From Bispira polyomma (lineage: Eukaryota): a stretch of 64,000 nucleotides of DNA. The DNA is taken from assembly GCA_965649765.1 (NCBI GenBank), contig OZ287748.1, positions 44,020,001-44,084,000 of the forward strand, read 5' to 3'. The notes under the pieces were generated by a model, which was given only the letters and a program-made list of their open reading frames with translations, had not been told where the DNA came from and ran no database searches. The translations under genes were made by a program, and so were the position numbers. Positions 25,870 to 40,027 of the stretch are shown in pieces (within the stretch, counting starts at the first letter, position 1; each line of letters opens with the position of its first letter).

Positions 25870-26739
25870 GTAAGTATGGAGTCAAAATGTGAATATACTG
25901 CAGATGTAAAATGATAACTATTGGTAATATTATTTACACTTGTGTGGATTGTACATAGGTCATTATACATGTGTGATATTTTATTTTACACAGTCAAAAA
26001 ATTACACAGTTCAAAAATTAGTCTTAGATAAGCTTATTTGTGATTATGTCCATTGGGCTCAGACTAAAACTAAGGGCCTTGCCTTCACTCAAAATATCAT
26101 TATAAAAGGCTTTGGGCTTAAATTTGGTGGTTTTTTAAAGATTCAGGTTTATCCAAGTGTATATAATTGAAACAAGTAAAGAGTGGACTTAAGTTTTATT
26201 TATTTACTTTTTAGTGTAACATAATTTAAATTCCAGGATGGGGACTTTGGTTTCTACCACGTTTGTTTGTACCACTCAAGCATGTAGTGTTCGGTGACAA
26301 TAATACATTTGATAACATGATGCTAAAGCCTGACATTAGGATATTGCTCTGTGCCAAGGTTTGATTTGTATCTTTGGAACATTTAGCGCTTGCAAAAATG
26401 GGGTATTCTCTTGGATAAACATTGAGGCTTCAAGATGACTGTTTATCAATGTATCCAATGTTTTTAATCTGCAACTGAGAATCATAGACAGCAAAGCAAT
26501 ACATGTTTATGCCTTAACTGTAAACCCCAGGATGGGATTGAACCCTAAACGTCTGCATTCCTGAATCCCTGATAAGTCCACATTAGTAAGTTCCCCACCA
26601 GGAAATGTCCCCATCAGCCTAAGAGAGGAGGTAGGAAAAGTCTCCATCAAGTTTGATTTTTTATTAAAGAACAATTATTAGCTTTTTTTATTTGTTTAAT
26701 TTATTATATTTTAAATGTAACAGCTATATATCTAAAGCC

Positions 26740-27375
26740 TATATTTTTTTTCAATTTGGGAGACAGCTATATTAAAAATTCCATATTTCGGAAGAAAAAC
26801 TTCAGCAGCCCTGTATTGAATTAAATACTGGTGAAAAATCATTTAAAACATTTCTCTAAAGTGTGGTTCAAACAATAAAATTTCATGTATGACAACTATA
26901 ATAGACTACACTACATAAGGTGAACTATGAATGTGTTATACATTATCATGTCAATACTAAATTTTAGTTCTATTAATATTTCTAATAATTCCAAGCTGTT
27001 CAGAAAATTGAATAAGGGAAATATTGATTTTACTAAAGTGATATATGTTATAGACAATAACACAAAGGGAATATTGAGTTAATATGATATAGAGAACAAA
27101 TTTAGTTGTAACATTTTGCAATATTTAACAATAAAAGACGCTATTCCTCCTAGTTGGATACAAAAGTTAAAGCGGACTCCAATTGAGAATAACGAAAGGA
27201 TGCCTGATTTGATTTATATCAAAGTAGGACACAGATTTGTTAATGTTGAAAAAATTAAGACAAAACATATTTTTTTAGATCTTGTTAAGAAAAAGACAAA
27301 ACTGCCTTCAGCATTGAATACTAGGATGAATATCTTTCTATTTTCAGAAAACCATATTTGAAAGGAAACCTTTCA
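26740..27375 (+). mobile_element. Tx1/L1-like LINE ORF2 C-terminal remnant
   Basis: QYLTIKDAIPPSWIQKLK resembles the Tx1 'Y.qLisAIP..W' block. Confidence 0.5.
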
Positions 27376-27380
27376 GTTAT

Positions 27381-28060
27381 GCTGTGGTCACACTGGCCTT
27401 ACGCGATTACGCACAAAAAGTAGCCAATGTAAGGTAAAACGTAAATAACCTGAGTAAAACATGAGTAAGATGGTACCTTAAGTTTAGTTATCCCCTGTTT
27501 TTAAAAAAACCTCTTATATTTCGGACTGCTCGAAAAAAATTTACGTTTTTAGCCGTGTGCTGAAAATTTTCCGGAAACAGGTGGTGTGTTCACGGAAAAC
27601 GTATGACAAGTATTCAATGCGTAAAAATTTTACATTTTGAGCGGTTTGCTGAAAATTTTACGGAAACAGGTGGTGCGTTCATGGAAAACGTATGACAAGT
27701 ATTCAATGCGTTAAATGCAATGAGTAAAACAAACTATACCTACAAATAATATTAAAAGCGAGGAGAACGAGAACGAAACAGGATTACAAACGTTAAAAAG
27801 GAGGAGAACGTGACCGAAACAGGTTTAAAAATGTAGCTAACGTATTTCTAAAACGTGGCTAATGATTCAAACATAATTAAAACAGCTATAAAAAAGTATT
27901 AAATGTGTGTACAAACGTGTACAGATTTATACTAAACGTGTACAAAATGGCCCATACATTGATTTTGCTACATATTCCCGATTTTCCCACGGTTTTTCAC
28001 TTCGTTTTCTTCTGTTTACCAAATTAGAAACGTAACACGAACGTACTCAGTGCAAAGCTT
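27381..28060. mobile_element. Harbinger-like MITE remnant with an internal direct duplication of about 90 bp
   Basis: Starts gctgtggtcacactgg (like the 16210 TIR); unit ...gctgaaaattt.cggaaacaggtggtg.gttca.ggaaaacgtatgacaagtattcaatgcgt at about 27540 and 27630; right end unclear. Confidence 0.45.
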
Positions 28061-28942
28061 ACAATAAACTCTTAAGGGCCAGTCACACAGCCCTCACAAG
28101 CAGTTAAAGAGCTGCTGCGAGCTGAAAAATGAGATAGGTTGCTGGAGGTTTTTTGTTATCTTTAAACTCTCTTGCATTTGATCTGTGGAGGTTGCTAGAG
28201 GTTGACCTAAATCCTTGTTGATCATGAAAAGGTTCCGCTCGTGGAGAGGTTAATTCGTTTACAAGTGATTCCTCTCTATGATTCAGAATGGTTGCTGGAG
28301 GTCTTTGTTTGATCTCCCACTGGTCTCCGATAGGTTCTTTAGAATGTGCCACTTCCATGTCACAAGTCTTCACAGGTTTTTGTTTGTCTTTAACTGGTCT
28401 TTAATAGTTTTAATCGGTAACCTATCTTGAATATGTCGCCGACCAGTCTAAAAATCAGTTGCCAATCCAGAAGCCAATATTTGGTGATTTCAGCAAGACA
28501 GCGACTAATCCCTAATCGGTTGTGTAAACAATCCTCGAGCAATCCCACCACTTGTTGCCGACAAGTCTAGCATCAAAAGAAAATCCTCGACAGCTATTTA
28601 CTGATCTCTATTCAGTGTCCAACCTATCATCGACAAATCCCTGAGTGGACTTGCCACCACCCACCACCTATCGCCGACCAATCAAATTATCGGAGAACGC
28701 TCTTTTATTATTTGAAAAACCCCTCCCACCGTTTGGCGACCAATCAAAAACCTCTCGCAGAGTAACTAAAGAGCAAAAAAAGACTGGTCAGCGATAGGTC
28801 ACACAGGGTATAAATGGGGGTCTTTGCTATTCGCCATTCAGTTACATGAAGTCTTTTGGTGTATGCGGATGTTTTCTACTACTGGATATTATAGATTTTG
28901 AGTTGTTTTTAACTGTTTAAAAACTTTTATTTGGATATAATA

Positions 28943-30622
28943 ATGCCCCCTAAAGTGATTACTAAAAAGGGAAAGAGGAAGGGGAAGAATAAGGGAGAGA
29001 CTGAGGAACTTCTTCTGTCTCAAGAAACCAGAGTTGGCTGGGGCTGTAATAAAGATTCCAGACGCCATTATCACAAATGAGACTAGTGGCACCACTGAAC
29101 CAGAAGGTGCACCAGGGACAGGGACCGTCAATAACTGAGGGAGGAGCCACCACTGTCACTACAGATACTGAAACCACTCTGATGGAGGAGACATTTGCCT
29201 TAGTGAGTGTGGACCTTGAGCCTCCCCAATCCCCTGCAGGGGATGACGAGGAGGAGGAGGACAAATATGAGGGGGCCAGCAAGAAGCCAAAGGTCACCGA
29301 CCAAATGTCAGAAGAGCAAGAGCAGCAATTGATGGACTTCTTTGCGGAACAGTCTTTGTTCTATGACCAGTTGCTGCGGGAATTTAAAAATAGGGCCAAG
29401 AATTCCCAGGTGCTGGTAAGACAAGGAGATATTATGGACCTCACTGGTAAGTTGCATTAATATCTAATTAAAATTCTGACTGCATATATTTCAGGTTTAT
29501 ATTGGGCTTAATGTGTGTAGTTTTAACAAGGTTGTCAAAAGTAAAACTTTGTGTAATTATGTAATTCAGTTCAGCTTTAAAATATCAAATTACTGTCAGT
29601 AAATGTTTTTCATATAATTTTGTTATCCAGCTTGTTACTAGTAATAATTTACATTAATGTATAATTAAAATTGTGGCTGCATGTATTTTAGCTTCACATT
29701 CGGTTTAGGTTGTATTTAATTTTAAGAAAGTTGTCAAATGTTGAATGTTATTCTCTGGGTTCTTTCTAGTAATAACTTACATTAATGTATAATTAATACC
29801 TAATTACAAGTGTAACTGCATGTGTTTCAGCTTAATAGTATTATTGGTTTGACCAGTAACGAGTAATTGTTTACAGGCCAGAGCTAATGTTCTGACTGGG
29901 TTTATTATGTACTTACCCAAATACTTACCAAATACTTACCATTGTACTTAACAGCTGTATTTGTACTTTTTTATTAGGTGACCGGATCAACACCTGGTTC
30001 AAGTCCATGATGACTAATTTTGGTAAGCTGAAAAAGTAAACAAAGTCTGGCCAGGCAACCAAGGCTCCAACTGCTTGCCAGACATAGACACACACTAGCA
30101 TCATATCAATTCCTAGAGGCGCATCTGGTTGCCCGTTCTGAGAATCGAAGGCTGCGGCTTGGGCCTTCCCAGTCAAAAATTGATGACTTAGAGAATGATG
30201 ACGAGATCTCCAATCTGGCCACAGCTCCTTCTTTCGACGTCAGGGCGGAGGCAAGTCCCATATACCCAAACCTTTCCGATTCCAGCCATGCTGGTCAAGC
30301 CGGGCCCAGCCAGTGCAGCGCCGCCCAGTCAGAAGGTCTCACCAACCAGCAGTGGTATAGTTTTATGCAAGAGACTTTTCAGGCCATGATACAGCGGCCG
30401 TCACCCCAACATGTCTTCTCACAGCCCATGGTGTGGCCTGTCTCGGCACCGTCTGGCCAAGTGGCAGATCAAGTACATTCACACCACCAAATATCTGGTT
30501 CCCACCAACACCACAAACCAACAGCACAACCTATCACAGAGCAGTTTTGGGACACTGAACACGTCTGGCCTATTGAACATGCTGGACAGCTACCAAGGCC
30601 AAAGAACACCTTAAATGACTGA
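28943..30622 (+). pseudogene. Harbinger Myb/SANT (MADF-like) DNA-binding protein, disrupted
   Basis: MSEEQEQQLMDFFAEQSLFYDQLLREFKNR, intron, then DRINTWFKSMMTNFGKLKK*; stops and frameshifts. Confidence 0.65.
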
Positions 30623-31063
30623 GGCCGGCAGTGCAGATGTGGTGACATATATCCTCTCGATTGACCAAAGTAGTGGTGGCGACGCACAGCAGTAGAGGGG
30701 GGACATTGTTGGTGGTAGTGTGACTGTTATGGATGGAGTTGGGATGGGGAGGGTGGTGGGAACTGTGCTCTTTGGGCATTTGTGACAATACTGACTGTGA
30801 CCTATGCATGTATGTTATATTTAAGATGATGTTATTTTGTTAAATAAATTAATTTTATGTTATTTACAGGCTTTTTTTACTTGAAATAAATTTATGGATT
30901 CAAAATTTACCTTTATGAAATCAAAGTGAAAATTTGAAAATTGAACTTGAGCTTTGGTGTATAACTTAAACATTTTGAATTGACCTTTGGTGTATAACTT
31001 AAACATTTTAGATTTTGATCTTTTGGAGATTGATTTTGTGGCTGTGCCAAGCTTATAGTTAGC

Positions 31064-31384
31064 CCTGAGGCCGTATTCAGGAACAAGCGAAATCCCATTC
31101 CTAACTTAGATTTCAAGTATTGTGGCTATTTTTTACTAACTTAGATCCAAGTGGTATTTACGAAAGAAAACTTACTTACTTTGGAGAGAAAACTTACTTA
31201 GATTTCAAGTAAGCAGATGAGGTACCTTAGATTTCTTTCCTAACTTTGATTCTTAGTAAAACAGAGGTAAGTAGAGTTTTCCACTTGTTCATGAATATCA
31301 CTTCTAAGAAAATCTTAAAAAAAATTTACTTACTTTAGACAGTAAGTAAATTTTTTTTCATTCGTTCGTGAATATAGCCCCTGG
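31064..31384. mobile_element. MITE nested in the Harbinger element
   Basis: Ends cctgaggccgtattcaggaac and gttcgtgaatatagcccctgg; a similar end occurs at 1551 (ctggggccgtattcacgaag). Confidence 0.6.
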
Positions 31385-31909
31385 TTTCACAGACTTGGTC
31401 CACATTAATTTATTGTTTAGAATCAGACAAGGTCAAATTCATACTCTTAAGGTAAGCACAAATGTCGACTTCAAATAAGAAATGTTGTGAAGTTTCTAGC
31501 TTAAGGTTTACCACAACATTTATGATTTGGAAATCAGACAAGGTCAAGCTCATACTCTTAAGGTCAAGCTCAGCATCTCCTGTGGTCTCCCAGAAGACTA
31601 GGTCATCACAAATCCCAACTTCAAATAATAAACGTTGTGAAGTGTCATACTTAAGGTTTACCACAACATTTATTATATGAAATTCACATAAGGTCAAGCT
31701 CAGAGTCTCCCATGGTCTCCTGTGGTTTCCTGTGGTTCTCTTGCCAGCTCAAGATTATTCCCTACTAGTTTTAAGAAACACAATGACAATACTGAAATAA
31801 CCTATTTTATTTTATAAACAATTCACCTGGAATGATTGATTGATTGATTTAAAAAAAATAATGTAAAAATCACATAGAGATAAGATAACACTGTCACAAT
31901 CACAGTCAC

Positions 31910-33121
31910 TTAAATCATGTCTCTCTGCCATGGTACAGCACCAACATTATTAAAATAGTGTTTTAAGTATATCCTCTGTCTCTTTTTACCCTACGTGAAA
32001 ACTGTGTAGGACCCCTGACATTCTGGCACTCTGCAAAGACAGCTTCATCTCTCCAGGCTCCAGGAATAATTTGCTGATCGTTTCCCTCATGGTCCATTGC
32101 CGCATTCTGAAATGCTGGATACCAGTTGTGCATTGGATTGTGTAAGCAAAAACACTATTGACTTAACAGTTTCTGACTCTTGTTGAAGAGTAGTCAGCAG
32201 GGCGCGAAACTTATTGGCAAGGATACCAAAGGCATTCTTAACAATCCTTCGAGCACAAGTTAACCTGTAGTAAAATATTCTCTCTTCATCTGTCATATTG
32301 GGTTGGAAGAATGGCTTCATCATGTAGAGGGCCAAATCAAAGGCATCGTCACCAATTAAGATGTAAGGGATGTCCTGAACATCATCTGAAAGTGGCTCAG
32401 TCGATGGTAGACCCAGTGTGTCATTGTCCAGTTTTGTTTTCAGGTCTGAGTTGTTGTAGATGGAACAATCCAATGTTGAAACGTTGACATCGATGTCTAC
32501 AAAGATGAACCAGTAATATGCATCGACCACACCAAGCAGGATAATGGAGAAAAAGCCATTGTAGTTGTAATACAACGAGCCAGAGTTCTAAGGAGCCTTA
32601 ATTACAATGTGTTTCCTGTCAATTGCATCTATAGCATGAGGAAAGTTCTATTTGGTTGCAAATCTGTCAATCACTGCATGCCAGGCATCTGGAGTTGTGG
32701 TGAGATTCACCAACTCGGCACCGTATTCTTCCATTATGGTCTCGCATGTTTCTTTTACAAACACAGAAATTCTGTTGTGGGGCACACTGAAGGCATAGCT
32801 CAGGCTGTGGTAGCTGTTACCCGATGCTAGATATCTCAATGTGATGGCCAACTTCATACCAGGCGGGAGGTCATCCTGTACAGCAACTCTCGGAACATCA
32901 CTGGTTCCATCCTCAGTTAGTTCAGAAAATCAAAATATGATTCTATCTCCAGCTCCACCATAAGTTGTCATATGCATGCACCCGCTGATCCAGGGCCTCA
33001 CTCAGTACTGCCTGTTGCTCCTTCGCCTCCTCCTGAGGTAGGCCAACAACACTAGTCCTGCTGCCTGCCTTCTCGCCGCCATGACTTGACCTACTGCTGG
33101 TGCTGGACCAATAAATGCCAT
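31910..33121 (-). pseudogene. Harbinger (HARBI1-like) DDE transposase, disrupted
   Basis: RRRR..Y*VRPW, KLAITLRYLASGNSY, AIDRKH, YYNYNGFFSIILLGVVDA, IGDDAF, ARRIVKNAFGILANKFR, GAVPWQRDMI*. Confidence 0.9.
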
Positions 33122-34479
33122 TATTGTAATCTATGTAAGTACTAACTAACTACCATCTATCTAGGATCTATAACTACTATGTTTACTGCTCAATAACTGA
33201 TTTCATACTGACAGCTATAGCATTGTTACCAGTATTTATACCTCCTACCAATATGCTCCCTGAGGGATCTGCGACGGACCTGCCACCACTGTGCAGTGAG
33301 TAGTCTTTGATTGTCTCACGACGATCTCAGACTAGACGGCAACAATCACATGAAGGTATTGGAAATTCACCAATCATCGCACAAACAATCTCTACAGATC
33401 GCAGACGATCACTACAAGCTCTGCAGAGCTGCCGTGAATTGAATGCTGCTCGTCACTGGTCATCGCCAGAGTGGTAGGCGACTGGTTGCCATACCAAAAA
33501 GCTGAATTCATGTGTGACTGCTACAAAAAAATCTTAAAGGGATCCTAGGCAATCACCAGCAATCGGCCGTTTTTCTTCGATTTCCAGCTCACAGCAGCTC
33601 TGCAACCAGTCGGTACGGCTGTGTAACGGGGGCTTAAAAGGGAGGAGGCATGATAGTTCTCTTGAAGGTGTACAAAAACCCATGTTAAAACATTTACTGT
33701 CAAAAATACAGATTATTTGGATCATAATCTGGTTTCTTAAAAAAAATGTGTCAAATGATTGGGCAATTACTGGCTTCCAGAAAGCACCATATTTCATTTT
33801 GCATACATAAATTACCCTTTGCCAAATGCGTGACAGTATGCGCAGGGAAACAAAATGGGGTTGGGTGAATTTGTTATCACACATTTGACTTTCGGCGGCA
33901 GTTATCCCAATAATTCTGTCGGAATAGCTTGGAAATGTCCATTGACTCTCGGAATCTTGTTTTTTGCGGTTCGAACTCAAATCTTCCTTCCCCGAGGTGC
34001 ATACACGCACCACTCTTTGCGACACATGTATCATTGTTATGTCTAGAATGTTGGCAGATAAAATTTGTACTTGCACAGTGAAACATTTCTTTTATATATC
34101 TTCAACCAAATCTGGTGGACTTGTTGGTGTGTTATAATTGTTCGCGCAGGTTTGTGTCTACTTATGTGGAAAAATCCACACTACAACCTCATCACTGCTA
34201 AAGCTCATGCCATATTTGGGCAAAAACTAAAGTTCTATAATACTTTGGCCTACTTGGCTGGTATTTTACTGGTTTCTCCTTGTTACAGGGGTACTTGCAT
34301 AGAATTAATAATAAAAATGAGTTTAGCAACTTTCTTAGCACACGGTTCTGGCTCATGTACGAGTTTAATTTATTTTTTGTCAGTGTTTTGACAGGTGTCT
34401 ACAAACAAATGTAAGAACTAAATGTATTGTCCGTGATGAATCACAAATGCCATGTAAAGTTGTAATACGACTATTAACT

Positions 34480-35880
34480 GGTTATGTTAAACAGTGTGTG
34501 TATGTTATTATCAGGCACATGTGTGCCAATAACAAATTTGTCATTGCTTGATTGAATTATGTTTTCATGTGGCACTGGTTACATTTGTATTGGATGATTG
34601 TCATCAACACAGCTCAAGTTAGAATTAAGAACATACTTAACTTATTTGAGGTGCACATATGTTTGCTACTGACCTAGTCTCACACATACTGGGTGGTTTG
34701 TTATTGAAATATGTCGAATTCTCAATGCACAGCCCTCGGGCTCATAGGAAGGTAATACCAGTTACCAAATTCACAGACATAGGCAGTATTCATAATGAAC
34801 TTCCTTCATATTATAATGGTTAGTATGTCCAGTGTATCTTATCCTGGACAGTTTTATTTTGGGGTTACAATGAAAGCACTTGTGAGTCATCGGTACAGCT
34901 GAATAAGTTTGTCACCCAGCAGGGTGGTTGTTATAACTTTCTACATCCACGTATTCCGGTACAGTCTACACTTGGTGTTTTGTTATTACAGCCAGGGTTA
35001 AAATGGCATATCAGCCCAAAACTAGGGCTTTGTATCATAGGAATATGTCCACTTTTCTTAATTTTTGTGTTAGTGTGATACTGGCGTACATTGAACACTT
35101 GGTTCAGGTGGGACTCACTTACCCCTCCATTCAAAATTATTTGTCAGTTTTAAAGCATCATTTCAGAAGGTTTTGCCTAGATGTAAAATTTTTAGTGACG
35201 TACATGTGGTCATGTTACTAAAGCCTATCAACAACAATGTAGCTAAAAATGTCAAGGTGAAAGACATTTTTGGGGTACAAGACCTCAAACATATTTGTGC
35301 TCAATGTGACAGTATCCCACTTGGGATGGTTTTAAGGCAGTGTTCTTGGTGGCTTTCTTTGACCTATTTAGAATAAGTAACTTCTTGTCACATACAGTGT
35401 TTCAGTATGATTGTAAACGACTCTTATTACATTGTGATGTACAGTTTCAGTCGCTAGGTTTGGTGATGCAGGTTAGATGGACCAAAACCATGCAAAGTCG
35501 ACTAGTGTGTCATTGCAGTTATCTTTTATTAACGGTTCCCTGCTTTGTCTAACACAAGCGGTTAAATAAATGTTTTATTGTTAACTGGCTTCCGGGGATG
35601 CTCCACTTTTTGTACTGCCTGGCTTACCAAGTCCATACAAAATTTTGACAGATGTCAAAGTGCGCTATGTATTAAAGGACATTTTAGGAGTCCTTGGCCT
35701 TAATACTAATATTCTTGGTTTTCATGAATTCAAGCGCTCAGGGGCTTCACTCCTGTTTCAAAATAATGTTTCACTGCAGTGTCTTCAGGCACATGGGACT
35801 TGGACCTCAGACTCAGTTTAGGCTTACTTGCAAACTGGGGAATTCTCCTCCACTTTTTAATACCCTTAATACTTAACATT
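34480..35880 (+). mobile_element. Decayed DIRS/Ngaro-type element (RNase H remnant plus tyrosine recombinase)
   Basis: MAYQPKTRALY, SIQNYLSVLKH, LVAFFDLFRISNFL, VRWTKTMQ, GFHEFKRSGAS, HGTWTSD. Confidence 0.75.
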
Positions 35881-35990
35881 TAAAAAGCACATGAATTTGT
35901 CTCTATGCATGGATTTGGTTAATGATTGCAGTGAAAGTACTAAACACAATAAAAACTTTTTTAGTTTGAATATTATTATCTTTGTTTTAG

Positions 35991-36278
35991 GTAACATAAT
36001 TAGCAGTCTTGAGTGGTGTGATCCAGATGTTGATATCCATATCACATGTACTTATTCATCAATAGAAGTGGCACAGGCATTCTTTGGCTACACAGACAGT
36101 TGTGGTGAGAGTGAGTTCAGTGTGAGGTGTGCACAGAATGTGTTACCTGTGCTACAGACTAACTGTGATGGGTATTCATCTTGTAAAGTCAAGTGGGAGG
36201 CTGTAAGCTGTAACATGGTCACCTGTTATGATGAGGAATATGCGGTCAACTATATGAACATCACTTACAGGTGTCACG
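35991..36278 (+). CDS. Gene C SUEL-like exon; no own downstream exons found
   Basis: ttttag|GT to G|gtaaca; about 86% nt and 73% aa identical (hand count) to the gene B exon, with similar flanking intron sequence. Confidence 0.75.
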
Positions 36279-36589
36279 GTAACATTTTAACATAACGTGT
36301 GAAACTGACTAATGTGTTGTAGTAGACAACGTAATATGACTAAATATAGTGAGCGAGAATGAAATAATTGTGATATACAAGGTCAGAGCTACCTAACCAT
36401 TTATCTTTATTTAAAGTAAAATGTACCACAAGTTTATGCAGTATGTGTATGGACATTACCATTTTATGCAAAAAAGTATGAAAAAGTTTTACATATATTC
36501 TCAAAAGATTTTTTTCAGTTGCATTATCTTGAGATTGCAATGTCAACTGTTTGTATTATATTTGATCAAGTTATACGATTACCAAGCTA

Positions 36590-36795
36590 TGGTGGCTTGC
36601 GGTTTTTTATGTTTGTGTCACAACCATTAGCCTCCCTTCAGTGTGGACTTGAATCCCATTTGTTTCTTCATGTGCCATAGTTTTTAGGTACTTGCCAATG
36701 GCCAGTGGTTTAGAGTGACTGACACTAATTTCCCCTACCATTAAAGTTGGCGCCATGATATGACCTAGTATGTTGAAAGTAACACAAAATCCATG
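36590..36795 (+). mobile_element. Probable SINE remnant
   Basis: B-box-like ggacttgaatccc and a tail ccattaaagttggcgccatgatatgacctagtatgttgaaag of the type seen in invertebrate tRNA-SINEs. Confidence 0.35.
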
Positions 36796-37199
36796 TTCCC
36801 TAACTAGTTTGCCTGAGGAGCAAGGTTGTCATACCTAAGAATAAGGTCTAAAGAAGAAGCAATGCAAAGCTAATGGCCAGTTTGAGTATGGAAATGAAAT
36901 TTTAACTTCAAGTTCAACGGAAGTATATTTAGTTAAACATAGGATATTTAGAGGTAGTCAACATTTAGTTAGTAAATGTGTAAGCTAATCATGTGAGAGG
37001 TGAGGTAAAAAGCTTAGGTCCATGAATCAAGAGTTAATGTGTTTAACTAAGAAAGCACCCTTGGTAGTAAACTAATTGGAATTAAGATCAGGTCAGTAGG
37101 CAACTTTTAACCTTGACACAGTAAAAATAGATTTGGACTTTTATTTTGTATAAATTAGTATAATAGTGTATAAAGGTTAATTATTTACAATTTTAAAGT

Positions 37200-38600
37200 G
37201 AAACTTACTAAAATTGACCAATGAACCCAAACCCAAGTAAGAGGAAGGAATCACAGTAGGAAAATTGAGGGAAATGCCTAATATGAAGTTTTCTGAATAT
37301 ATTACCATGCAGAAGAACTATGCCATACGCCACAGGACATTATGTTCTGTAATGAGATATCATTATTGGAAGAGAAGGTTGCCACCGACCTCTGAATGTA
37401 TGGAATTCATGAGTTTTAGGATCAAACCCTATGTGATGAAGGATGGACTTAAGTGAAGCTCTCCTAAATGGATCAATGTTGGGATGCTTGGGGTCCACAG
37501 GTTGCCAACAAAGGGGAAGGATATGAGAAGGTCTTGAGACTAACAGCACTTTTAATACATAAGAGTGTGTCAAATCTCAGGAAACTGTAGCCCATGAGAA
37601 TGTGATCTGTTCTACATGTTCGTGACGTTTCTTATTTTAATAGGCTTTTAGGTCCAGGAGGTAAAAAAATAAGTTCAGTCCCAAGTAAATGTTTGGTTTG
37701 ATTAAACCGAGCTATTGAGTGTGAGGCCAAATTAGACATATTAAAGAAGCCATAAAAATCAACTAAGAACAGAGCCCTACATGAAATGGGATCATGGAGG
37801 ATGGAACAGGTTGCAAAAACTTTTGAAGAATCCTGGACTGAAAAATATTTTTTGTGGTAGCCTGAAGGAAGAATTTATGGTTATACCTTTTAAGAATTCT
37901 AGACATTTTTTGGTCTCACAGTGAGGATAATATGTTACAATATAGTAGATCACAGCTTAAGCCATATCGTAAGAGAAATACATAATACAATAGGAATAAT
38001 TTACCATAGAATTTGGTGGAATTGCGTTTAAAGATAGTAGTGAATTTTAAAGTAATTCTGCTAAGTAAACAAAATACTTAGAAAGATATATATGGCTCTA
38101 ATGGTCACTATTAAAGTAACTATTTGATTGCTTCTGGCCGACATGAATAATATTACAAAAGTAAGGTGGTTGGCATAACTGTAATGTTTTATATTTGATG
38201 AGATGAAGTTTATATATTATTCCCTGTCAACTTGGACACCAGTGTGATGTTTTTAATCGTGACATAGTTTTTTAAGACTCCCAATAGTCAATGCAACTGA
38301 TAACAAGGTCATTAGCCAGAACTACAGCAATTGGGACGTCCAGCATACCACATATGGTACCAGGGGGTTTACAAATGTCAGAAACATATGCAGCGCAGAG
38401 AAATAGATTATCAAAAGTGACAGCTATGTTTCTAACATTGATTTTGTTCTAAAAAGGCACGGCCATATGGGAATAATCTATCATGGATTGGTTGGAAGCA
38501 ACCAAACCGGCCAAACTGAGGGGTGTCATATTAATATTTCTCATACTGTGTGTCTGTGTTTTGTTAAATAGCCAGCTACAAACCCATTTTGTAGCAACTA
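37200..38600 (-). mobile_element. Decayed DIRS/Ngaro-type element (YR, with upstream remnants)
   Basis: LKSILHHIGFDPKTHEFHTFR, then CGVWHSSSAW; ttgggtttgggtt tail. Confidence 0.65.
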
Positions 38601-40027
38601 AAGAGGGGTGACAGATTTAATGTTCAATGGCTGCAATTTTACCACTTAGGTATGCCTGTTAAAAAGAAGTGAACCACTTTACAGTGGTGCTAATAAAACC
38701 ACAATAGAGAGTATAGATAATGATCAAAGGATACTGTAAGATCAAGCGCCAGCCCTTCGGCTATGTGAATTTCAAAATATTCTTTATATATATAAAGGAG
38801 GCCACTCCCAAATTGTGTCGATGGAGTTGTAGGCTGTTTGGTACAGTAATAAATCTAGAGTTCTAGATAGTTTTGTCAGTTATTTTGCTACAAAATTAAC
38901 AGGTAGTTTATATATAAAACTCACATTGGCCATCAGATAGAAAAATGCAAAGGCTAATGGTGAGTTGATAAAGCTTGTGACTGGCTTTATAAGTATTTCC
39001 ATATATTCAGTAATGTAATTCAAAAACTTTAAGAATGATCTAGATCACAGGGTTTTGCAGGTTTTTCTTAATCCTTTTCCATTTATTCTTTTATGTGTAC
39101 CATGAAACTGAACCACTTGTTTGCAATTTGCAAACAGTATGGTTTGATCAAAAACCTGAAAAGAAAATTATTCTGATTTGGGGAAAAACTGAAGCAGAAG
39201 TGTCTTGTAAATTTGTAAGTAGAATGTTATCCAATATAAAAAGCTTAATTAATAAATTCCAATTTGCTCTGAGATTGAAGTAAATCTATGAGTATTGTAC
39301 TGTATAACCAATATTAACATCTTAACAGGTTAATACATACTAATGTGGCTTTCATACACATTTGTCTTGGAACTCATCTACAAACTCAAGTATCTTCAAT
39401 AATAGCAGTCTATTGCTGTCAAGAATATAGGGGAGATTCCAAGTAGATTTTTAAAAGATTTATACACAGGGAAAAAATTATTTACCAAAGAATAAAATCA
39501 AAATGTGTCAAGACTATGTCATAACGTAAAAGGCAGTTCAACACAAGTTTTAGGATCGAGAAACACTGAGAATATATATTATTATGAAGGTGTTTTCTCT
39601 AAAAGTGAACATTTTATATCATTCTGACAAACGTATACCCTCTGCATGAGTTTTTAGGGTGTTTTTCTTGTTTGTTTTATGTTAAGGGGGTACTTCGTCA
39701 AGCAAGTATGAGAAGTAAATCGATTTTAAATATAATAACTAGACTGTTCTAGATCTACATTTTTAATAAAAGGCTCTTGTTTACACCTCCGTGAGCCGTC
39801 ATTGTGAAAGATACACAACAAAACAGGATTAACACTGTGTCTTGTGTACTGAATATTTACCACTACCTCTTTATGTGACTCTACTTCCTCAAAGTAATAT
39901 ATGTATGGTCATTCCTATGGAATCAGGTTTTCCAGAAACTGCTTGGTGATCGTGTATATTTCTTATTTCACAAAGCTAGAATGACCAATTTGACATAATC
40001 ATTTAAAAAATATTTACAATGAAAAAT

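Larger units (their letters stand above)
28075..33634. mobile_element. Decayed full-length PIF/Harbinger transposon (Myb/SANT-like gene on +, DDE transposase on -)
   Basis: Imperfect TIRs agggccagtcacacagcc..agagctgctgcgagctg and cagctcacagcagctct..ggctgtgtaacgggggct, TTAA on both flanks; two convergent genes. Confidence 0.85.

Noticed and set aside
31910-33121. Domesticated HARBI1 host gene
   Set aside because: Multiple stops and frameshifts, and it sits between TIRs with a partner Myb gene, so it is a dead transposon.
33534-34391. 180-aa minus-strand ORF and overlapping ORFs
   Set aside because: They cross the Harbinger end into unrelated repeat-like DNA and show no recognisable motifs or splice structure.
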